Positions 25,781-35,451 of a DNA stretch of 64,000 nt are shown in pieces. The stretch is from Oscillospiraceae bacterium (GTDB lineage Bacteria > Bacillota > Clostridia > Oscillospirales > Acutalibacteraceae). Under the pieces are notes generated by a model. It did not search any database. It saw only the letters and a list, made by a program, of their open reading frames with translations, and was not told the origin of the DNA. How positions within the stretch are numbered: position 1 is the first letter of the stretch; each line of letters starts with the position of its first letter. The stretch lies in NCBI GenBank assembly GCA_015065615.1, contig SVPY01000002.1:62973-126972 (forward strand), given 5' to 3'. Both the position numbers and the translations under genes were made by a program.

Positions 25781-27086
25781 ATGAGCACTACTAAAAAAGA
25801 AATACGCGCTAAACTTGAAGCTACGGCTGAAAGAAACAAAGCTCTTACAAATAAACTTACTGATTCCTGCTTACTTACAGATTATAGACACCTTGTAAAA
25901 GAAGGAAATATATGGACTAAGGCTTTGCAAGAAGCACTTAACGATCACGAAATAGTGATAATTCCTGCATCCGATTTTCCTTATATGATAGATAACTATA
26001 TGATAGATAACTCCGTTACTATACCTTCAAACAGACGTTCACGTTCTTATACTTCGTAATGAAAACACTTCAAACGGCACCTTCTCCCCTCTTCCTAAAA
26101 ATAATCGAGATGGAAACATTACGATTACCGGCGGTAGTTGGGAGGAATCTAACACGGAGCGCCTTTTACTTAGGCATTCGGGACTATATAGAGAAGATGA
26201 ATTTGAGTCGGGTGTTACCTGTTGTATGTATTTTAATAACGTAAATAATCTCACTCTTAAAGACCTCTCCTTTGCTCACACTGCTACTTTTGCAATTGAA
26301 ATTGGCGATGCCACAAACGTTCACTGCAAAAATATAGAATTTAATGAATGTTTCGCGGATGGCTTACACGTAAACGGTGGTGTGGAAAATCTTATTGCAC
26401 GTAATTTAAGCGGTATACTGAAGATGATTTAGTAGCTTTAAATATGTACGACTGGCAGGTTTCCTCCACTAATTTCGGGCCTACCAAAACAGTACTTTGT
26501 GAAAATTTAAATTGCGAAGGCGGATGCAGAGCTTTAAGAATTCTGCCAGGCATCTATGAATATGCTGACGGAAGTAAAGTTGATTGTTCTTTAACCGATG
26601 CAATTATAAGCGGTGTTAAGGGTATTAACGAATATAAACTTTATTTGCAAACGCACCCCTTATAAGGTAGGAAAAGAAAAACCTGAAAAAGGTGAAATCG
26701 GTAGCCTTGATAATATTTATTTTGAACACATTGAAGCCTTTTTCCCCTTTGAAAATTATCCCTTTTGGGTTGCGCCTTTTGAAATATGCGCAAATATAGG
26801 CAATTTATATTTCGAAGATATTTCTGTAGAAACAAAAGATAAAAGAAAACTAAATTCCCTTATTAACGTAGGACCAAAGTCCGCAAGAGTTAAGGAAAAC
26901 GAATATTTTGACCCATACTTAAACTGCAAAGTGAATACAATTCATATTAAAAATATTCGCATAAACGATGTTGAACCCGAAAACGTAACCGAATTAATTA
27001 AAGAAGTAAATTTTAATTCACTTTATCCTGAAGCCCCCTCCACAGGTAAAGGCGAAATAGAGAAAATAATTTACGAAAAAGCCTGA
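25781..27086 (+). pseudogene. Frameshift-disrupted right-handed beta-helix (pectate-lyase-fold / GH28-like) gene
   Basis: The coding signal continues through four overlapping or adjacent ORF pieces in alternating frames, with breaks near 26055, 26415 and 26650. PbH1-like repeats are present (NLTLKDLSFAHTATFAIEIGDATNVHCKNIEFNECFADGLHVNGG; the DDLVALN motif is recovered in the shifted frame). Confidence 0.7.
25982..26011 (+). repeat. Perfect 15-bp tandem duplication inside the pseudogene
   Basis: tatatgatagataac occurs twice in a row (25982-25996 and 25997-26011), giving YMIDN-YMIDN in the translation. Confidence 0.9.
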
Positions 27087-27200
27087 TATTTTACTTTTAC
27101 TCCTTAAATCCTTTTGGGTTTTGAGGAGTTTTTCTATTTACGGTTTACAGTGCAAGTAAATGGTGCTACAATATATTTATCTTATTTAAAGGAATTTATT

Positions 27201-29414
27201 ATGGCTATTAAACCTGATTTTAAAGAAGTTAAATATCTTATCAAGCGTACTCTTGCTATTGACAGTATGCTTAGAAATTACGTTGAATTTGAAATAAACG
27301 AAATTAACGAGCTGAAAAATTCGGCTGAAATTTTCTATAATGACCGTCTTCGAGCTTCACTTGAAGAAATTGACGTTGATATTCTCACACAAAGTAAGCA
27401 GGGTATTCGCGTTTCTTATTTGAGGGACGTGGGCATTATGAATATGTATCAGCTTTATAAAATGCCTGAATACCAAATAGAAAGCATAAGCGGTATAGGA
27501 CCTCAGGGCGCAAAGAAAATTAAAAAACTCACAAAACAAATTGCCGATAACACAGGCAAAAAGCTTTCTATGAGAATTGATGCCGATAACCCAAAAATTG
27601 CCGACGATATGCTTATTCGCGCAATTTACGTACTTCTTGAAAGAAATAAGCTTCGCGGACTTTATAAAACACTTTATGATTCCCATCACGAAGATATTGG
27701 GAACGAAGTTTTTGCTGCTAACAAGGCAAGTGGCGGCTTAGCGTGGTTTTTCACACCTAAAAGAGATAAAGACTTTGCAATAAATGCCATTGAATCTTTA
27801 AGATACCGCTTAAGCACTGTATTTGGTGACGACAGTATTTTTCGCCCTTATTATTCTATTCCCGAGCAAGGCGCTTCCGTTTACCGCGCATATTTTAAGG
27901 ATAATTCTGCCGAGTGCTATGCAACTCTTGAAAAATACTGCAAATATTTAAACACTTCAGGAAAAGAAAAAACAGGGCTTTCTGCCGAACTTCTTGAAAA
28001 AATTGAAGCCTATCCCCTCGATTTAAAATATATGAAGGCAACACTCCGTTCTTACCAGACCTTCGGCGTTAAATACGCAGTTCATCAGAAAAGAACTCTT
28101 CTCGGTGACGAAATGGGCTTAGGTAAAACCATTCAGGCATTAGCCGCTATGGCAGCCCTTAAAGCCGAGGGCAAAACTCACTTTATGGTGGTGTGCCCTG
28201 CCAGCGTACTTATAAACTGGTGCCGCGAAATTGAGAAGCACTCCTACTTAAAGCCCATAAAAATCCACGGCGCAGACGAAATAGCCCTTGAAAGCTGGAT
28301 AAAGGAGGGCGACGTAGCGGTTACCACTTACGAATCCATAAGCCGCTTCACCTTACCCGAGGATTTTTCCTTTGATATGCTGGTAGTTGATGAAGCTCAT
28401 TACGTTAAAAATCCCGAAACGCAGAGAACGGAGGCGATGGTTAAGCTTTTAAGGAAAACCGAAGGCGTACTTTATATGTCCGGTACTCCTCTTATCAACA
28501 AGGTAGACGAGATGTGCTTCCTTGTAAGCTGTCTGCAACCGGAGATTGCAAGAAAGATAGAAAGAGTAAAGAGTTTTTCCACCGCCGACCAGTTCCGTGA
28601 AGAGCTCTCCCCCGTTTATTTAAGAAGAACAAGAGAGGACGTTTTAAAAGAACTTCCCGACCTTATCGAAAAAGAGCAGTGGTGCGAGCTTAATAAAGAA
28701 GAACAAAGAGCCTACAGAAGCGCTGTACTCAGCGGCAACTTTATGGCTATCCGTCAGGTCTCATGGCAAATTGCCGACGTTAAAAACTCCACCAAAGCCA
28801 AGAGACTTGTGGAAATTTGTGAGAAAGCCGAAGACGAAGGCAGGAAAATTATCGTGTTCTCCTTCTTCAGAAATACCCTCAATAAAGTTAAAGAGCTTTT
28901 AGGCGAAAGATGCTCCGATATTATTTCAGGCGATATTCCTCCCGAAAGAAGGCAGGAGATTGTAGATGAATTCAATAAGGCCGATCCCGGCGCAATTTTA
29001 GTAAGCCAGGTTCAGGCAGGCGGTACGGGATTAAATATTCAGGCGGCAAGCGTTATAGTTTTCTGTGAGCCTCAGCTCACCCCCGCCATTGAAAACCAGG
29101 CTGTCTCCCGTGCATACAGAATGGGTCAGACTAGGGACGTTTTAGTTCATAGACTCCTTGCCGATGAAACAATTGATGAAAGAATGCTTCAGATACTTTC
29201 AGTAAAACAGAAAGAATTCGATAAATTCGCTGATGATTCCGTAATGGGCAGCGGTCAGCTTGAAATGGAAAAAGAGGGAGAAAACTCCTGGATTACCAAA
29301 ATGGTTGAAGCCGAGCAAAAACGTCTTTTGGAAGAAAGCGAGGAAAATGCCGACTTAGCCGAAATTAAAACCGAAATTGAAACCGAAATTGAAACTGAAA
29401 CTGAAACCGAATAA
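27201..29414 (+). CDS. SNF2-family helicase/ATPase with a ~300-aa N-terminal region containing a helix-hairpin-helix
   Basis: Start set at ATG 27201 (AAAGGA RBS); the ORF-track start is a TTG. Motifs DEMGLGKT (I), VVDEAHYVKN (II), SGTPLINK (III) and the helicase-C motif QAVSRAYRMGQ. HhH-like ISGIGPQGAKKI. C-terminus is an (EIET)n repeat. Confidence 0.85.
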   Translation: MAIKPDFKEVKYLIKRTLAIDSMLRNYVEFEINEINELKNSAEIFYNDRLRASLEEIDVDILTQSKQGIRVSYLRDVGIMNMYQLYKMPEYQIESISGIGPQGAKKIKKLTKQIADNTGKKLSMRIDADNPKIADDMLIRAIYVLLERNKLRGLYKTLYDSHHEDIGNEVFAANKASGGLAWFFTPKRDKDFAINAIESLRYRLSTVFGDDSIFRPYYSIPEQGASVYRAYFKDNSAECYATLEKYCKYLNTSGKEKTGLSAELLEKIEAYPLDLKYMKATLRSYQTFGVKYAVHQKRTLLGDEMGLGKTIQALAAMAALKAEGKTHFMVVCPASVLINWCREIEKHSYLKPIKIHGADEIALESWIKEGDVAVTTYESISRFTLPEDFSFDMLVVDEAHYVKNPETQRTEAMVKLLRKTEGVLYMSGTPLINKVDEMCFLVSCLQPEIARKIERVKSFSTADQFREELSPVYLRRTREDVLKELPDLIEKEQWCELNKEEQRAYRSAVLSGNFMAIRQVSWQIADVKNSTKAKRLVEICEKAEDEGRKIIVFSFFRNTLNKVKELLGERCSDIISGDIPPERRQEIVDEFNKADPGAILVSQVQAGGTGLNIQAASVIVFCEPQLTPAIENQAVSRAYRMGQTRDVLVHRLLADETIDERMLQILSVKQKEFDKFADDSVMGSGQLEMEKEGENSWITKMVEAEQKRLLEESEENADLAEIKTEIETEIETETETE

Positions 29415-29455
29415 AAAAGAAACCTGCTCATTTTTTGATGAGCAGGAATTTTTTA
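29415..29455. terminator. Bidirectional terminator between the SNF2 and MFS genes
   Basis: aaaaaagaaaCCTGCTCAttttttgaTGAGCAGGaatttttt. Confidence 0.75.
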
Positions 29456-30694
29456 CGGTTTTTTAATACTTAAATTTAACCCGAGAGAAATTACCGAAAG
29501 TGACAGAAGCATTATAAAGGGCACTACGTAGCCGCCGCTTAAAGTAAAGAGCGTACTGCTTAAAGATGCAATAAATGAAGCGAAAATCAGATTGAAATTA
29601 ATAATACTGAAGTTTGTGGGGAAATATTTCTGCCCGTAAAAAGCGCTTACGAAAGCGGAGCAAACCGTGGGACAGGAGCCGTAAGAAAGACCTACTAAAC
29701 AAAGACCTATAATGCCAAGAGGCAAGGAAGAGATAATTACGGCTAAAAGAGTAACTGCCGACGCGCAAATGGTAAGTAAATTAGAGAAGATCATGGTCGT
29801 TTTTCTGCCTGCTCTATCAAAAACTATACCCGTAATAACTCGGCCGATACCGTTGCACACTGCAAGCACGCCTACTAAAGTTGTGGCTAAGGAATCTATA
29901 GCGCCTATTGAGATAACGAGATCCTTTGCAAAGCTTATAACGCTGTTACCTACGGCGGTAAGGAAAACAAGCAGAATAAAAGCGCGCCAGAAGGTAAAGC
30001 GCTTAAGCATTTCTTTCGCGGTATAGTCCTTCATTTCAAAATCTTCTTTTACCTTGGCTACATTCTTATTTACTTCGGGAAATTTAACTTCCTTTGAAGG
30101 GAGTTTAATAATTAAAGCGGCTATAATCAGAACCAAAGCAATCAAAACACCGAAAATCATAAAGGTATTTTTATATCCGATATTGCTGCTTGCAAACATT
30201 ATATCTATAACATTGCCTAAAATCAAAGTGCTTGCGCCGAAGCCCATAAGTAAAACACCCGATGAAAAGCCCTTCTTATCGGGGAACCATGAATTCACCG
30301 CGGAGATTATAACGTTGTAGGCAATACCTATACCGAGACCTGCAAATAAAGCGTAAAAAACGTAAAGCAGCTCTATGCTTAAAGGATTTATAAGACCCGT
30401 TAAGAAAAAGCCCATACCCGAAAGCAAGCCCGCTCCCATTACCGTAAACTTTATACCTATTTTTTTAAGCAGCTTACTGCCTATAAATGCGCCTATGCAG
30501 AAGGTACACATAGTAAAAGTGAAGCAGAGCGCCAAATCGGAATCGGCGAAACTGAGTTCATTTTTAAAAGGCGCCTTTAAAATTGACCAGGCGTAAATTA
30601 CACCTGCAAAAAGCATTGAAACAAGCCCCGTAATTAAAAATATATTGCGGTTCGACAGTTTTTTATCAGAAAACATATAAACATCCTTTTTCAA
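29453..30694 (-). CDS. MFS transporter, oxalate/formate antiporter (OFA)-like
   Basis: 413 aa, ~12 TM. N-terminal GVIYAWSIL pattern typical of OFA-family MFS proteins. Confidence 0.7.
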   Translation of the reverse strand: MKKDVYMFSDKKLSNRNIFLITGLVSMLFAGVIYAWSILKAPFKNELSFADSDLALCFTFTMCTFCIGAFIGSKLLKKIGIKFTVMGAGLLSGMGFFLTGLINPLSIELLYVFYALFAGLGIGIAYNVIISAVNSWFPDKKGFSSGVLLMGFGASTLILGNVIDIMFASSNIGYKNTFMIFGVLIALVLIIAALIIKLPSKEVKFPEVNKNVAKVKEDFEMKDYTAKEMLKRFTFWRAFILLVFLTAVGNSVISFAKDLVISIGAIDSLATTLVGVLAVCNGIGRVITGIVFDRAGRKTTMIFSNLLTICASAVTLLAVIISSLPLGIIGLCLVGLSYGSCPTVCSAFVSAFYGQKYFPTNFSIINFNLIFASFIASLSSTLFTLSGGYVVPFIMLLSLSVISLGLNLSIKKP

Positions 30695-30839
30695 GTATTG
30701 AAAATTCAGTATAACTCATTTTCCTTTTAATGTCAAACCATATTCTTTTATTAAATCAAATAAAACAATTTTATGCGGTTCAATTATTGCTTTTTCAACT
30801 AACGGGGTGTATAATGCAATAAACGGAGGTGCTTTTAAA

Positions 30840-32246
30840 ATGCTTAAAAGTCTTTTTAAGAAAAAAGAAACCGTGGATATGACCGAGGGCAACATACTTT
30901 CTCACCTTATAACCTTTGCCATACCCTTACTTATAGGAAACTTATTCCAGCAGATGTACAATATGGTGGATACATGGGTAGTAGGCAACTTTGCTTCAAA
31001 CGAGGCATTTGCTGCCGTTGGCTCCTTAGGTCCCGCCGTAAATATGGTTATCGGATTTTTCATCGGCCTTTCCAGCGGCGCAGGTATAGTTGTAAGCCAG
31101 TACTACGGCGCAGGTAAATACGATAAAGTTAAAGAGACCGTACACACCGCCGCGCTGTTAACTATTATCTGTTCTGTAATAATGACCGCCGTGGGCATAC
31201 TGCTTATTCCCACCATTCTCAATATGATGAACACTCCCAAAGAGGTGTGGCCTGAAGCTGAAGCTTATTTGATGATTTATTTTTCAGGCGTTACGGGTCT
31301 TGTTATATATAATATCGGCTCTGGTATTTTAAGAGCTGTGGGCGATTCCAAGAGACCTCTTTACTTCCTTATAGTTACAACGGTTTTAAATACCCTTCTT
31401 GACATTATACTGGTCAAACCCTTCGGCGAAATGGGCAAAGCCGCCGCAGGCGTTGCTTTAGCTACCATAATTGCTCAGGGTGTTTCAGCCGTACTCGTTA
31501 TAGTTACGCTTTTACGCACGAAAACCAGCATCCGTTTAATTCCGAAAGAGCTGAAAATGAACACCTCCATACTTATTAAGATTTTTAAAGTTGGCGTTCC
31601 TTCAGGTCTGCAGATGCTTGTAACAAGCTTTTCAAACGTATTCGTTCAGTCTTACATAAATAATTTCCAGGCAGACTATATGTCCGGTTGGACCGCTTAC
31701 AATAAACTCGACGCCCTTCTTTTCCTGCCTATGCAGAGCTTCGGTCTTTCCGCCACCACCTTCGTCGGCCAGAACCTCGGCAAAAACCAGATCAAAAGAG
31801 CAAGAAAAGGCAGCAACATCGCTCTGCTTGCAGCGGTTGTGACAACCGCGGTGCTTATGGTACCTATTTTAATATTCCCCGAAGCGCTGGTTGCTTTCTT
31901 TAACAATAAAAAGGAAGTTGTGGATATAGGCGCAATGCTTTTAAGGTATATAACACCCTTCTACATTCTCTGCGCCGTCAATCAGGTTTATTCCGCAGCC
32001 CTCAGAGGCTCAGGCAACAGCCGTACGCCTATGATAATAATGCTTTCAAGCTTCGTAGGCTTCAGGCAGCTTTACTTATTCTTTATGACCAAGTGGTTCC
32101 CCGACGATTTCCTTATAGTCGCCCTCTCCTACCCCGCAGGCTGGCTGCTTTGCAGTTTGCTTACCTTTATCTACTATAAGATGACTCCTTTAAAGAGTAA
32201 ACTTATGGATGCCGACGAGATGGGAAAAGGAAACGAAAGCGAATAA
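30840..32246 (+). CDS. MATE-family efflux transporter
   Basis: Start at ATG 30840 behind a GGAGG RBS. 12-TM MATE pattern (LLIGNLFQQMYNMVDTWVVG...). Confidence 0.85.
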   Translation: MLKSLFKKKETVDMTEGNILSHLITFAIPLLIGNLFQQMYNMVDTWVVGNFASNEAFAAVGSLGPAVNMVIGFFIGLSSGAGIVVSQYYGAGKYDKVKETVHTAALLTIICSVIMTAVGILLIPTILNMMNTPKEVWPEAEAYLMIYFSGVTGLVIYNIGSGILRAVGDSKRPLYFLIVTTVLNTLLDIILVKPFGEMGKAAAGVALATIIAQGVSAVLVIVTLLRTKTSIRLIPKELKMNTSILIKIFKVGVPSGLQMLVTSFSNVFVQSYINNFQADYMSGWTAYNKLDALLFLPMQSFGLSATTFVGQNLGKNQIKRARKGSNIALLAAVVTTAVLMVPILIFPEALVAFFNNKKEVVDIGAMLLRYITPFYILCAVNQVYSAALRGSGNSRTPMIIMLSSFVGFRQLYLFFMTKWFPDDFLIVALSYPAGWLLCSLLTFIYYKMTPLKSKLMDADEMGKGNESE

Positions 32247-32252
32247 AAATTT

Positions 32253-32284
32253 AAAGGATGTGAATATCACATCCTTTTTCTTTT
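32253..32284. terminator. Bidirectional terminator
   Basis: AAAGGATGTGAatatCACATCCTTT followed by a T-run, between convergent genes. Confidence 0.75.
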
Positions 32285-32286
32285 AC

Positions 32287-33069
32287 CTAAAATTCAATAT
32301 AACCTGCGGACATATTAATATTGCCGCCCTTTAATAAATAATTTTTTAAATTTCTCTGAAGCTTTGTTTTTTCGGGAGCGTTTATAAGGTTTTCACGCTT
32401 GAAGCCAAAGCCGAATACCCTTTCAATTGCCTGATTGCTGTTATCGGCAGGGAATGGGAACTGAGTCCACATTCTCATAAATTTAACAATGTTGCTGTTT
32501 TCCTCCGCTATATTTACAAGCTCGGGGCACAAAAGCCACGAATCACACATAAAATATCGAGGATTTTTTTCGGGGAAGAATTTAGGGAAAAATTCTTTTG
32601 CCATTTCGAAGGATTTTACACACTCACCGTAACTAAGCGGCTCACCCTGAGGTATGTGCGTTTCAAGCACTATATCACACTGCGGCATAAAAGGAAGTGG
32701 TTTTGCAAAATTAAACTGCAATCTTCCCAGCCTGAATCTTTGTGAAAGATAAAATCCTATAACCCAGAAAGCTTCAGAAAAACCGTATTCACCGTATCGT
32801 TTATAGTGATTTTCTACCCAAGGGTTAACGTCCTTTAAGGAGGCTACGGTGATTTCACGGGGAATACCCATTTTTGTGTTTTTCTCTAAAGTGTAGTCCG
32901 CTAAATATGCAAATATAGCTACGCAAAGAAGACCGTCGGGCAATTTGCTGCCGTCACCCGTAGCAATAATTTCATCGGCTATTTTTTTACCCTCCGCCAA
33001 AAGAGCTTCGTCCTTTAAAAGTATATTTTTTACTTCACGGTTTTCTAAAATCTCGTCGAAAAAGAACAT
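32287..33069 (-). CDS. Hypothetical cytoplasmic protein (possibly acyltransferase-like; weak)
   Basis: 260 aa with no TM segment. CDSWLLCPEL resembles a GNAT-like C-terminal domain family from memory only. Confidence 0.4.
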   Translation of the reverse strand: MFFFDEILENREVKNILLKDEALLAEGKKIADEIIATGDGSKLPDGLLCVAIFAYLADYTLEKNTKMGIPREITVASLKDVNPWVENHYKRYGEYGFSEAFWVIGFYLSQRFRLGRLQFNFAKPLPFMPQCDIVLETHIPQGEPLSYGECVKSFEMAKEFFPKFFPEKNPRYFMCDSWLLCPELVNIAEENSNIVKFMRMWTQFPFPADNSNQAIERVFGFGFKRENLINAPEKTKLQRNLKNYLLKGGNINMSAGYIEF

Positions 33070-33086
33070 ATTTTAACTCCTTTGTT

Positions 33087-33950
33087 TTATGAATACTGCT
33101 TTGCCTCTTCAATTTGTTCCTTTGTTATGTGCATTGTACTGCTCAGGAAATTTTTCGCATTTTCAGAAAGCTCATCTTTCCAGCCTATTATATACGCGGT
33201 AAAATCATCCATCTTACCGCCATAGCAATCATACATAATACTGCCGTTTAAATGTTCTTCGGCAATTTTTTCCACTTCCTTAGGAAAATAAAAATCACAG
33301 GCACCGAAAACGTGGCATATTTCGTGGTAAATTGCAGGTGAATCCGCAAACATTATTATATATTCCGAATTTTCCGAATTTGCGGTAAAGCTTCTGCCTG
33401 AAAAATTAAGAGCAAACATAATAACCGCTTCATCCGAAGAAAACTCTCTTTCAAGGCTTAAATTAGCATCAGCATAAGCGGACATATCGAGGGAAGAAAG
33501 CACGCTGTCCGCCCATGTGCTGTAATCACCGTAAGTATAAGGGAACATAACTTTCGTTTCTTTGTAGTCGCTTTCTATATTTAAATTTTTACCGTAAGCT
33601 TCGGCATCGCTTTTTATTCTTTTAAAAGTATTTTCGCACTCTTTTTTAAATTCCTCTTTATCTTCTTCATTCCACACAGACTTATCGTCCTCAACGAAAA
33701 TCACCGTAACGTGTACGTCTCCCAAAAATTTATCGCAGGCGCCCACGCCCCTTAAATTCAGGTAAGCGTTGCTTTTCAAATCATCTGGAACGGCGCTGAG
33801 CTCAGTTTCCTTCTGAGGGAAATTCATAATTTCATAACTGCCGCTTTCCGTCGGTGTGTTTCTTGTGGACCCTATAAACACCGCAATAAGAATTACAGCC
33901 AATACGGCAAGAATAACGCCTATTAGATTTTTCTTGGAAAATTTACTCAT
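33087..33950 (-). CDS. Membrane-anchored extracytoplasmic protein with an HExxH zincin-like motif
   Basis: Start favoured at ATG 33950 (MSKFSKKN...). Single N-terminal TM (LIGVILAVLAVILIAVFIG). HEICHVFGACDFYFP motif near the C-terminal third. Confidence 0.55.
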   Translation of the reverse strand: MSKFSKKNLIGVILAVLAVILIAVFIGSTRNTPTESGSYEIMNFPQKETELSAVPDDLKSNAYLNLRGVGACDKFLGDVHVTVIFVEDDKSVWNEEDKEEFKKECENTFKRIKSDAEAYGKNLNIESDYKETKVMFPYTYGDYSTWADSVLSSLDMSAYADANLSLEREFSSDEAVIMFALNFSGRSFTANSENSEYIIMFADSPAIYHEICHVFGACDFYFPKEVEKIAEEHLNGSIMYDCYGGKMDDFTAYIIGWKDELSENAKNFLSSTMHITKEQIEEAKQYS

Positions 33951-34068
33951 ACATTCACGTCCTTTCAAAATCATAATAATATTTTAAAGGAAATTTGTCA
34001 ATAATATTTGATTTTATTTGTACAGGTGATATAATTGTAAAAGAAACTAACGAAAACGGGATGTTAAA

Positions 34069-35415
34069 ATGAAGGAAAAAGTGAAAGGAACGCTCTTTTC
34101 AAATAAAGATTTGAGAAGACTAATTATCCCCCTTATTATCGAGCAGACCCTTGCTGTCACCGTGGGTATGGTGGATACTATGATGATAGCCTCTTTAGGT
34201 GAAGCCGATATGTCGGGCGTATCTCTTGTGGATATGATAAACGGTCTGCTTATAAATATTTTTGCCGCACTTGCTACAGGCGGCGCGGTAGTTGTTTCCC
34301 AGTTTATAGGCGCAAGAAAGAAAAAAGAAGCTAACTCCTCTGCAAGTCAGCTTTTGTTCGTTGCGCTTATAGTTTCTCTGTTCATTACTGCCGTATGCCT
34401 TCTTTTAAACGGTCAGATTATCTCCCTCTTTTTCGGCAGTATCGAAGCGGACGTATATAGCGCCTGCCGGACTTATTTTTACGTTACCGCTCTCTCCTTC
34501 CCCTTCTTGGCGGTTTATAACGGCTGTGCCGCCGTTTTCAGGTCTATAGGTCAGTCGGGAATTACTATGTACGCTTCACTTTTGAGCAACGTTATAAACG
34601 TAATAGGTAATGCCATTTTTATTTACGTAATTCCTTTAGGTGTAGCAGGTGCGGCAGGTTCCACTGTTTTTGCAAGATTTGCCGCAATGGTAATGCTTTT
34701 AATTCTGCTTACTAATAAACACAATGACGTATACGTTGATTTTAAAGCTAAATTTAAGCCTGATTTTTCTGTAATTAAAAAGATTCTGCATATTGGTGTA
34801 CCCAGCGGGATTGAAAACAGCCTGTTTTCTTTGGGACGAGTAATGGTTGTAAGCTTTATTTCGGGCTTTGGTACTGTGCAGATAGCTGCCAACGCAGTTG
34901 CAAATAACCTTGATGCTATGGGATGTATTATTGGCGGCGCTATGAACCTTGCTATGATTACCGTGGCAGGCCAGTGCGTAGGTGCAGGCGATTTAAAGGA
35001 AACAAAATACTATATAAAAAAGATACTTAAAATTACTTATCTGCTGCACGTAAGCTGGAATTTAGTGCTCTTTGCGCTTGATCCCTTTATTTTACCCTTC
35101 TATAATTTATCAAGCGATACTTACAATTTAACTTGGATATTAATATTAATACACAACGGCTGCGGTATGTTAATGTGGCCTTTAAGCTTTACTTTCCCCA
35201 ATGCTTTAAGAGCCGCCAACGACGTAAGATTCACTATGATAGTTTCAATAGCATCAATGTTTATTTTCAGAATTACCTTAAGCTATATTATTGGTGTTCT
35301 TTTAGGATTTGGCGCTATTGGCGTATGGATAGCTATGGTAGTAGACTGGGGATGCAGAATTACCTGCTTCCTTGTCAGGTATAAATCCGGAAAATGGCTT
35401 AAATATAACGGGTAA
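34069..35415 (+). CDS. MATE-family efflux transporter
   Basis: 448 aa, 12-TM MATE pattern (IIEQTLAVTVGMVDTMMIA...). Confidence 0.85.
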   Translation: MKEKVKGTLFSNKDLRRLIIPLIIEQTLAVTVGMVDTMMIASLGEADMSGVSLVDMINGLLINIFAALATGGAVVVSQFIGARKKKEANSSASQLLFVALIVSLFITAVCLLLNGQIISLFFGSIEADVYSACRTYFYVTALSFPFLAVYNGCAAVFRSIGQSGITMYASLLSNVINVIGNAIFIYVIPLGVAGAAGSTVFARFAAMVMLLILLTNKHNDVYVDFKAKFKPDFSVIKKILHIGVPSGIENSLFSLGRVMVVSFISGFGTVQIAANAVANNLDAMGCIIGGAMNLAMITVAGQCVGAGDLKETKYYIKKILKITYLLHVSWNLVLFALDPFILPFYNLSSDTYNLTWILILIHNGCGMLMWPLSFTFPNALRAANDVRFTMIVSIASMFIFRITLSYIIGVLLGFGAIGVWIAMVVDWGCRITCFLVRYKSGKWLKYNG

Positions 35416-35451
35416 TTCCAAAAATAATATCATTAATAAAGGTGTTAAATT

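Noticed and set aside
25552-29455. tRNA-Leu-adjacent genomic island or prophage remnant (pseudogene plus SNF2 helicase)
   Set aside because: No integrase, recombinase or phage genes are present. I could not find a direct repeat of the tRNA 3' end by eye. The evidence is limited to a decayed gene next to a tRNA.
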